Shown: piece by piece, positions 25,640-32,000 of the stretch
How positions within the stretch are numbered: the stretch's first letter is position 1
Layout: each line of letters opens with the position of its first letter
Source of the DNA: an uncultured Opitutales bacterium
GTDB taxonomy: Bacteria > Verrucomicrobiota > Verrucomicrobiia > Opitutales > Intestinicryptomonadaceae
Length of the DNA: 32,000 nucleotides
Assembly (NCBI GenBank): GCA_934660865.1
Contig: CAKUIA010000015.1
Coordinates: 1 to 32,000, forward strand
Reading direction: 5' to 3'
Notes under the pieces: generated by a model
What the model saw: the letters and a program-made list of their open reading frames with translations, nothing else
Database searches by the model: none
What the model was told of the DNA's origin: nothing
Program-made: the position numbers and the translations under genes

Positions 25640-27238
25640 ATGAAGTACATTTTTATCACAGGCGGAGTTGTATCATCGTTGGGCAAGGGGCTTACGTCGG
25701 CGTCGTTGGGCGCCGTGTTGGAGTCGAGAAACTTAAAGGTTCGCATTCAGAAATTCGACCCTTACCTTAATGTAGACCCCGGTACAATGAGCCCGTTTCA
25801 GCACGGCGAAGTATACGTTTTAGACGACGGCGCCGAAACCGACCTTGACTTGGGCCACTACGAAAGATTTACAAATTCGGTTCTATGCAAGTCGAACAGC
25901 GTATCTTCGGGCAAGATTTACGAAAGGGTAATACAAAAAGAGCGCAACGGCGACTATTTGGGCAAAACCGTTCAGGTTATTCCCCATGTAACGAACGAAA
26001 TTAAGCGCCGCATATACGAAGGCGGCGGCGATGCCGACATTTTAATTACCGAATTGGGCGGAACGACGGGCGACATAGAGGGGCTTCCCTTCCTTGAGGC
26101 TTTGCGCCAGTTTAGCCTGGAAGTTGGCAGGGAAAACGTTTTGTTTGTTCACGTTACCTTAATTCCCTACCTTAAGGCCGCAGGCGAGCTTAAAACAAAG
26201 CCCTCGCAACAGAGCGTTGCAAAGCTTAGGGAAATAGGCATACAGCCCGACATTTTAGTTTGCAGAACCGAACACCCCATAAGCGAGGATATGCGCCAAA
26301 AGCTTTCGCTGTTTTGCAATGTAGAGCCCGCCGCCGTTATCGAGGAAATGGACGTTGAAACCTCCATATACGAGCTTCCCCTTGTTTTGGCGGAGGAAAA
26401 GATGGACGAGCTTGTTGTTAAAAAGCTTGGCATTAAGTGCAACGAGCCGGATATGTCGAAATGGCGCGACATTATACACCGCATAAAATTCCCCAAAAGC
26501 GCGTGCACAATAGCGGTTGTCGGCAAATATATCGAACTGCAAGACGCCTACAAATCCATTTACGAATCGATTACCCACGCGGGCATAGGCAACGCCTGCA
26601 AAGTAAAGATTGTCAGGGTAGACTCCGAAGCCATCGAAAAGGACGGCGCCGAAAAATACCTGTCGGGCGTAGACGGAATACTTATTCCCGGCGGTTTCGG
26701 CGACAGGGGCATAGAGGGCAAAATTATGGCGGCAAAGTTTGCGCGCGAAAACAAAATTCCGTATTTCGGGATATGTTTGGGTATGCAGATTTTGGTTATA
26801 GAATACGCCAGAGACGTTCTCGGCATTAAAGACGCCGACAGCGCCGAATTTAACCCCCTTACAAAGAACCCCGTTATAGACTTGATGGAGGCGCAAAAGA
26901 AGGTTACCCAAAAGGGAGCTACAATGCGCTTGGGCGCCTATAAATGCAAACTTACCGAGGGAACGCGCACTGCAAAGTTGTACGGAGCTTCCGAAATTTC
27001 GGAGCGCCACAGGCACAGGTTCGAATTTAACAACAGCTACAAAAAGGCTTTGACCGACGCAGGTCTTGTTATTGCGGGCGTAAACCCCGAAGCCGACTTA
27101 GTTGAAATTGTAGAGGTAAAAGACCACCCGTGGATGACGGGCGTGCAGTTCCACCCGGAATTTCAGTCGAAACCGAGCAAGCCGCACCCGCTATTTTTAG
27201 ACTTTGTAGCCGCGGCAATAGAAAAGGCAAAAAAATAG
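25640..27238 (+). CDS. pyrG: CTP synthase
   Basis: Trimmed to ATG 25640 ([17 protein letters not shown]). GATase motif GICLGMQ and HRHRFEFN. Confidence 0.97.
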   Translation: MKYIFITGGVVSSLGKGLTSASLGAVLESRNLKVRIQKFDPYLNVDPGTMSPFQHGEVYVLDDGAETDLDLGHYERFTNSVLCKSNSVSSGKIYERVIQKERNGDYLGKTVQVIPHVTNEIKRRIYEGGGDADILITELGGTTGDIEGLPFLEALRQFSLEVGRENVLFVHVTLIPYLKAAGELKTKPSQQSVAKLREIGIQPDILVCRTEHPISEDMRQKLSLFCNVEPAAVIEEMDVETSIYELPLVLAEEKMDELVVKKLGIKCNEPDMSKWRDIIHRIKFPKSACTIAVVGKYIELQDAYKSIYESITHAGIGNACKVKIVRVDSEAIEKDGAEKYLSGVDGILIPGGFGDRGIEGKIMAAKFARENKIPYFGICLGMQILVIEYARDVLGIKDADSAEFNPLTKNPVIDLMEAQKKVTQKGATMRLGAYKCKLTEGTRTAKLYGASEISERHRHRFEFNNSYKKALTDAGLVIAGVNPEADLVEIVEVKDHPWMTGVQFHPEFQSKPSKPHPLFLDFVAAAIEKAKK

Positions 27239-27241
27239 GCC

Positions 27242-28039
27242 ATGATTTTCGACGCCGATTCAAACAAAATGCTGCTTATTGCGGGGCCTTGTTCGCTTGA
27301 AAGCAAAGACCTTAGCTTTAAGGTTGCCGAAACCGTTGCCGAAATTGCCCGCAAGTATGAAAACGAGCTGACAGTGCTATTTAAGGGCAGTTTCGACAAG
27401 GCAAACCGCACAAGCATTAAGGGCAACCGCGGTACTGGTATGCAGTTGGGGCTTGAGATTTTGGCGGACGTTAAAAAAGAGTTCTCGCTGCCCGTAATTA
27501 CCGATGTGCACGAGTCTTGTCAGTGCAAACAGGTAGGCGAAGTTTGCGACGCCCTGCAAATACCCGCATTTTTGTGCCGCCAAACCGATTTGCTTGTAGC
27601 CGCCGCAAAGACGGGAAAGGCGGTGAACGTAAAAAAAGGGCAGTTCCTTTCGCCGTACGAAATGAAATATGTCGTTTCGAAGTTAAGGGACGCAAATGCA
27701 AGCGAAATTTGGCAGACCGAAAGGGGTTCGTCTTTCGGCTACCAGAATTTGGTTGTGGATATGCGCTCGTTTAAAATTATGGCCGAAAACAATACCCCTG
27801 TGGTGTTCGACGCGACACATTCGGTGCAGCTTCCGGGGGCGGGCAACGGGCAAAGCTCGGGCGACAGGCGTTTTGTGCCGTGTTTGGCAAAGGCTGCGGT
27901 TGCAGCGGGCGCAAACGGGCTGTTTATAGAAACGCACCCCGACCCCGAAAAGGCGATTTCCGATTCGGCAACGCAGTTGCGCTTGGGCGAATTGGAGGCT
28001 TTAATAGTTTCGTGCTTGGCAATAAAACACGCACTATGA
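27242..28039 (+). CDS. kdsA: 3-deoxy-8-phosphooctulonate (KDO8P) synthase
   Basis: 265 aa. Contains [32 protein letters not shown] and FDATHSVQ. Confidence 0.95.
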   Translation: MIFDADSNKMLLIAGPCSLESKDLSFKVAETVAEIARKYENELTVLFKGSFDKANRTSIKGNRGTGMQLGLEILADVKKEFSLPVITDVHESCQCKQVGEVCDALQIPAFLCRQTDLLVAAAKTGKAVNVKKGQFLSPYEMKYVVSKLRDANASEIWQTERGSSFGYQNLVVDMRSFKIMAENNTPVVFDATHSVQLPGAGNGQSSGDRRFVPCLAKAAVAAGANGLFIETHPDPEKAISDSATQLRLGELEALIVSCLAIKHAL

Positions 28040-28794
28040 ACGACATAAAAGAACTATATTCGCTTGCGGTGCAAACCGCAAAGGCGGCCGGCGACAGGCT
28101 AAACGGCATAACACAAAGAACCGTAAACTGCGATGCCGGCAACGATGTTAAATTGCAAGAAGACATTGAAAGCGAAAAGTTTATACGCAATTTGCTTGCA
28201 GTATCGAACATTCCCGTTGTTGGCGAAGAGCTTGAAAAAGACACTTCGCCTATGGAAAACGGCGGCTACTACTGGGTTGTAGACCCCATAGACGGAACTT
28301 TTAACTTTTTAAGGGGCTACCCCGTAGTTTGCGTAAGCATAGCTCTTATGAAGGGCAATACGCCGAAGGTGGGCGTAATTTACGACTTTACCCGAAACGA
28401 ATTGTTTTCGGCCTACGATGGCAGTTGCCTGTATTTAAACGGCAGGCCTTTAACGCCAAACTGGGCAAAAGACCAAAAACAGGCCGTGCTTATGACGGGC
28501 TTTCCAAGCCTTACGGTTTACGACGAGCCTACAATGAGGGCTTTTGTTGCCCGCGTAAAAAAATTCAAGAAGGTAAGAATGTGCGGTTCGGCCGCAATTT
28601 CTATGGCGTATGTTGCATGCGGCAGGGTAGACGCCTATGTCGAAAAACGCATAAATTTGTGGGACATTGCGGCGGGGCTTATGCTGGTTAAAAGCGCGGG
28701 TGGCGTATACAAAATGGAGAGCGCAAATTTGCCCGAAAAACCGCTGTGCGTAAATATAAATGCGGCTTCGTGCGAAGGATTTTTCTCGGAATGA
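28036..28794 (+). CDS. Inositol-monophosphatase-family phosphatase
   Basis: Trimmed to ATG 28036 ([12 protein letters not shown]), which overlaps the kdsA stop as ATGA. Contains the motifs [35 protein letters not shown] and WDIAAG. Confidence 0.88.
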   Translation: MNDIKELYSLAVQTAKAAGDRLNGITQRTVNCDAGNDVKLQEDIESEKFIRNLLAVSNIPVVGEELEKDTSPMENGGYYWVVDPIDGTFNFLRGYPVVCVSIALMKGNTPKVGVIYDFTRNELFSAYDGSCLYLNGRPLTPNWAKDQKQAVLMTGFPSLTVYDEPTMRAFVARVKKFKKVRMCGSAAISMAYVACGRVDAYVEKRINLWDIAAGLMLVKSAGGVYKMESANLPEKPLCVNINAASCEGFFSE

Positions 28795-29729
28795 AAAACG
28801 ACAGATTTTTAAAACACATGGTTCGCCGCCTGACATGGGGCGAAATATCCGAGCCCGACATAAGGGTTATAATAAAAACTGCAATATCTGAAGACATTGC
28901 GGGCTTTGGCATGGCGGAAAAACCCGCAAGGGTTTCAGACCCGACAACCGACATATTGTCGAAAGACTACCATGCCAAGGCGGCATTGTGTGCCAGAAAG
29001 CCGTTGAAACTATGCGGGGCAAACTTGGTTGCCCTGGTTATGGACGAATATTTTAAAATGTTTGCCGACGGCTCGTGCAAATTTACCCCGCTTGCAAAAG
29101 ACGGCGATTTCCTCGAAAAAGGGCAAAAAATAGGCATAATAGAGGGGTCGGCCAAAACAATGCTGCGTTCGGAGCGCATATTGCTTAACTTTATGCAGCA
29201 TTTGTCGGGCATTGCAACGTATACGGCGCAATTTGTAGCCGCAATGGGCAATTCTAAAACAATGCTGCTTGATACCCGCAAAACAACTCCCTGCCTTAGG
29301 GTGCTGGAAAAATATGCGGTTGCCTGCGGCGGCGCGTTCAACCACAGAATAGGGCTTTTCGACAGGGTTATGCTTAAAGACAACCACTTGGCTTTTTCGG
29401 GTTCGTCGAAAGGCGAAAGGCTTGCCGATGCCGTAAGAAAGGCAAAGGCATTAAACCCCGATTTGGCGGTTGAAGTTGAAGTAGACGACATTTCGCAAAT
29501 CCCGTATGTTTTGGAGGCTTCGGCCGACGTTATAATGTTCGACAACTTTTCGGTTGAAGACATTAAAAAGGCGGTAGACATAGTAAAAGACAACGCCTGG
29601 ACGGAAATTTCGGGCGGCGTAAACCTGCAAAGCGTGGGCTTGTTGGCAACTTTGGGTTGCGATTTCATATCGTGCGGCGCGCTTGTGCACCAAGCCCCGT
29701 GGATAGATATAGGCTTGGACAGCCAATAG
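28791..29729 (+). CDS. nadC: Nicotinate-nucleotide pyrophosphorylase (quinolinate phosphoribosyltransferase)
   Basis: Trimmed to ATG 28791 ([11 protein letters not shown]), which overlaps the preceding stop as ATGA. Contains LDTRKTTPCLRVLEKYAVACGGAFNHRIGLFDRVMLKDNH and EVEVD. Confidence 0.93.
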   Translation: MKNDRFLKHMVRRLTWGEISEPDIRVIIKTAISEDIAGFGMAEKPARVSDPTTDILSKDYHAKAALCARKPLKLCGANLVALVMDEYFKMFADGSCKFTPLAKDGDFLEKGQKIGIIEGSAKTMLRSERILLNFMQHLSGIATYTAQFVAAMGNSKTMLLDTRKTTPCLRVLEKYAVACGGAFNHRIGLFDRVMLKDNHLAFSGSSKGERLADAVRKAKALNPDLAVEVEVDDISQIPYVLEASADVIMFDNFSVEDIKKAVDIVKDNAWTEISGGVNLQSVGLLATLGCDFISCGALVHQAPWIDIGLDSQ

Positions 29730-29754
29730 AGCCAAAGCAAAAGCGAATTAAAAA

Positions 29755-29789
29755 TGCGGCAATCAGAATTTTGGTTGCCGCATTTTTTT
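29755..29789 (+). terminator. Rho-independent terminator of the pyrG-nadC operon
   Basis: TGCGGCAA-tcagaattttgg-TTGCCGCA followed by T7. It lies 26 nt after the nadC stop. Confidence 0.85.
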
Positions 29790-29859
29790 ATGAAAGAACT
29801 CCCAAAGGGGAGAATGGCCAGTATAGGCGCGCTGTCTTTAGGCGAAAGCGAATCTGCAC

Positions 29860-29888
29860 AAAAAAAGCTCCGGTTTGTTACCGAAGCT
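29860..29888 (-). terminator. Rho-independent terminator of the vWA-like gene
   Basis: AGCTTCGGT-aacaa-ACCGGAGCT on the minus strand (8 of 9 bp paired) followed by T7. It lies 26 nt after the stop at 29914. Confidence 0.65.
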
Positions 29889-29913
29889 TTTTGTTAGGCT
29901 TATTAAAGTATTA

Positions 29914-31356
29914 CTACTTCTTTGCCTTTGTGCCCTTTAGGTCTGCACCGTCGTCGGCTTTAAGGCCTCTTAGCAGACGGCTCTTGCCGCGGTGGCGCGC
30001 CGTCCACGACTTGATGATTGAGTTTTGGGCTTCCGTGCTCTTTTCGTCTGGGCCCCTAAACACTATCATATTCAAAACGGGCATTTGCGCTTTCTTTGAG
30101 AAATAAATGTCGTTTAACAAGCCGTTTGTTCTGTAGTAGTCTATTATGCCTCTGATACCGTAGGGTCTGAATTTCGGGGGATTGGGCTTTTTTATGCCTT
30201 TGCTTACGTTCGGCGGAGTTTCCTTCGGGGGAATGTAGAGTTTTTGCTCCCTCATTGCCTGTTCGGGCGTGCCTACGTAAAGCGATTTGCCTTTGGCTTT
30301 TCTTGCCGCATTTTCCTTTTCAATCCAAGCCCTTGCCTTTTTAAGACCGTCGGCGCGTGCTATTGCAACGTTCGACTGGTATTCGGCTTCCTTTTCTTCA
30401 GTCCAGCCCGCCTGAGCTCTGGCTTTTGCGATTTGCTCTTCGTACTTTTCGGTTTCGCGGCGGTACTTTTCGGTTTCCGAATCCGTCCACGGGCGCATTA
30501 CGCGTTCGGGGTCGGTCCATTCGGTGGCCAAAAAGTATATTGTGTCGGCACCCTGTTCAAGGGCGGCTTGGTAGAAACGGTAGCATGTAGAAATGCCTAT
30601 GTTGTAGTTGCCCGAAGAGGGGGGTTGGGGTAGGAAGGGATATTTTAGCCTGTAGTTGCCCGAAACACCGATTTTTGTGAGGCTAGAGTTGATTGGGTCT
30701 AGCCATTCGGGAAGCCTCTTTTTGTTGCTTTCGGTTGCGGGAATAAGCCCTTCGCGGCTGAACAGGTTAATGTATATACCCGCCGTTGTCGAGTAAGCCA
30801 TTACGTTGAACAATACCGTGGGCGGCAACGCGTTTACAAGGCGCTTAACGTCGTCTTTAATAACCTTGTATGTTTCCAAACCGCCGCGCTGTTCGTTCAT
30901 CAAATACGAAGAGGCGTCTATTACAATCAAAACCTTTTCGGTTTTCGATTGGATACCTATCAAGCTTACGTTTGTTGCGGTTAAATCCAAATCGCCAAAG
31001 CCTTTGGGCGGGGGAGTTCCCGTAAACGAGCCGCCTGCAATGGAGCCAGAGGGCAGGCTAATGTTGACGTTGCTTACATTCGAAACTCTGGCGTTTTGAA
31101 TTTGAATTCTTTTTGCAAGCTTTTGCGACCTTCTTTGGTTGTTTCTGGCCTTTGTCTGATACTGCTTTTTTTGGTTGCTAACCTTTTCGGCAGGAGGCGG
31201 GGCTTTAAACTCTTCTTGCGGATTTATTATTTGCTGGCTTATTATAACACTGCCCAATACAAGCAGCGCTACAACGTGCAAAACTGCAACTATCAACATA
31301 ATTTGATAGAGCAAAGTGTCCTTTTGTCTCTTTGGCCTAAAATGATGTATTTTCAT
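29914..31356 (-). CDS. Single-pass membrane protein: TonB/TolA-like N-terminal anchor with a Pro-rich linker, then a vWA-like domain split by a ~130-aa charged helical/Pro-rich insertion
   Basis: 480 aa.
- TM helix LLYQIMLIVAVLHVVALLVLGSVII contains a His, followed by EEFKAPPPAEK.
- vWA-like strands and helices: KVLIVIDASSY (degenerate MIDAS DxSxS), TYKVIKDDVKRLVNALPP, VLFNVMAYS, ADTIYFLATEW, and later MPVLNMIVFRG...IIKSWTARHRGKSRLL.
- The insertion aa ~283-420 is rich in E/K/R/A (TEKYRRETEKYEEQIAKARAQAGWTEEKEAEY).
The call rests on pattern recognition only. Confidence 0.55.
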   Translation of the reverse strand: MKIHHFRPKRQKDTLLYQIMLIVAVLHVVALLVLGSVIISQQIINPQEEFKAPPPAEKVSNQKKQYQTKARNNQRRSQKLAKRIQIQNARVSNVSNVNISLPSGSIAGGSFTGTPPPKGFGDLDLTATNVSLIGIQSKTEKVLIVIDASSYLMNEQRGGLETYKVIKDDVKRLVNALPPTVLFNVMAYSTTAGIYINLFSREGLIPATESNKKRLPEWLDPINSSLTKIGVSGNYRLKYPFLPQPPSSGNYNIGISTCYRFYQAALEQGADTIYFLATEWTDPERVMRPWTDSETEKYRRETEKYEEQIAKARAQAGWTEEKEAEYQSNVAIARADGLKKARAWIEKENAARKAKGKSLYVGTPEQAMREQKLYIPPKETPPNVSKGIKKPNPPKFRPYGIRGIIDYYRTNGLLNDIYFSKKAQMPVLNMIVFRGPDEKSTEAQNSIIKSWTARHRGKSRLLRGLKADDGADLKGTKAKK

Positions 31357-31377
31357 AGGTTGTTTATAAATATTAAA

Positions 31378-32000
31378 TTATTCTTCCTGTGCGGGGGCGG
31401 TTTTTGCTTCCTTTTCTATAAGGGCAATTTGCGCTTTGGCTTGTTTTGTAAACACGCTGTTCGGGTAAAAAAGCCCCAGTTCCTCGAATATTTCCTTTGC
31501 AACTTGCGGCTTTTTTATCTGTTTATAGCACAAAGCGGTGTTGTAGGTAAGCTCCGCCATCCATTGGTCGGTGGGCTTGCCGTATATTATGCCTTCCGAG
31601 AAGTTTTCGAGAGCCTCTTTGTACTGCTTCGACGTTGTAAGCAGCATGCCCTTTATCATCTGCGCAAGAGAAAATACGGGAGATTTTCTGTCGATATTTT
31701 TTATTGTTGTAGACTTTACGAAAACCTTTGCCGAAACCAGGTTGCCCGAGCTGATGTCGCAGTAGAGCATCCACAAGGTGCACGCGAGCTTGTCGGGGTT
31801 TTCCTTAAGCGACTGCAATTTTGCATACCACCTCGAAACCTCCTTTATTTTGCCCGCGTTTCTGATTGTGTCGAGCGAGTCCAAAAAGTCGGGAATTAGC
31901 ACCGCAAATTCGCCTTCAAACGAGAGTTTGTCGGCAAGCTTAAGGGCTTCGTCGTAGCGGCCAAGCTTTGTAAGCTCGCCGATAAGCTTTACGGCCTGTG
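31378..32000 (-). CDS. TPR-like repeat protein, C-terminal ~207 codons; the gene continues beyond the right window edge
   Basis: The track ORF starts at GTG 31902, but hand translation shows the frame stays open to base 32000 (..QAVKLIGELTKLGRYDEALKLADKLSFEGEFAVLIPDF..). The C-terminal repeat AELTYNTALCYKQIKKPQVAKEIFEELGLFYPNSVFTKQAKAQIALIE resembles YbgF/CpoB- and BamD-type TPRs. The stop lies 21 nt before the start of the next gene. Confidence 0.7.
   Translation of the reverse strand, partial: QAVKLIGELTKLGRYDEALKLADKLSFEGEFAVLIPDFLDSLDTIRNAGKIKEVSRWYAKLQSLKENPDKLACTLWMLYCDISSGNLVSAKVFVKSTTIKNIDRKSPVFSLAQMIKGMLLTTSKQYKEALENFSEGIIYGKPTDQWMAELTYNTALCYKQIKKPQVAKEIFEELGLFYPNSVFTKQAKAQIALIEKEAKTAPAQEE

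Noticed and set aside
26255-27016. Long antisense ORFs occur inside well-conserved genes: 26255-27016 in pyrG, 28967-29740 in nadC, 31096-31899 in the TPR gene, 9667-10374, 8468-9094 and 20875-21591.
   Set aside because: Their protein sequences are low-complexity with no recognisable motifs. Each lies fully inside a confidently identified gene on the other strand. They are typical shadow ORFs.

Overview
This is a chromosomal, mostly housekeeping window of about 30 genes from a Gram-negative-type bacterium (lpxD, kdsA and lspA are present). Almost none of its genes has a Shine-Dalgarno sequence. Phylum cannot be assigned from sequence alone; the features suggest FCB- or PVC-like.

Gene layout, left to right:
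- 1-6.1 kb: three tandem minus-strand GH92 glycosidase paralogs. The first runs off the left edge. Each has its own terminator, and the copies share perfect-identity tracts that look like gene conversion.
- ileS, then a Lys/Ala/Pro-rich histone-H1-like domain fused to a Cys-depleted DksA/TraR-like domain, then lspA and hisD.
- A maa-MFS pair, then holB-tmk.
- A stand-alone 120-aa Ala/Lys-repeat H1-like protein ending in a Cys cluster.
- An aminotransferase, tsaE, a hotdog thioesterase and eno.
- A minus-strand HIT-phoH-pgpH-lpxD operon, then rpsU.
- A pyrG-kdsA-IMPase-nadC operon with ATGA overlaps.
- At the right edge, a TPR protein followed by a membrane-anchored protein with a TonB/TolA-like N-terminus and a split vWA-like domain.

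No rRNA, tRNA, CRISPR array, transposase or integrase was recognised.

The most unusual items are:
- the two Lys/Ala-repeat proteins, one fused to a DksA-like module and one with a Cys tail that looks like the repeat read out of frame;
- the TPR/split-vWA pair;
- the GH92 conversion mosaic;
- the lone extended SD in front of rpsU.

All functional calls come from motif recognition by eye. No database search was run.
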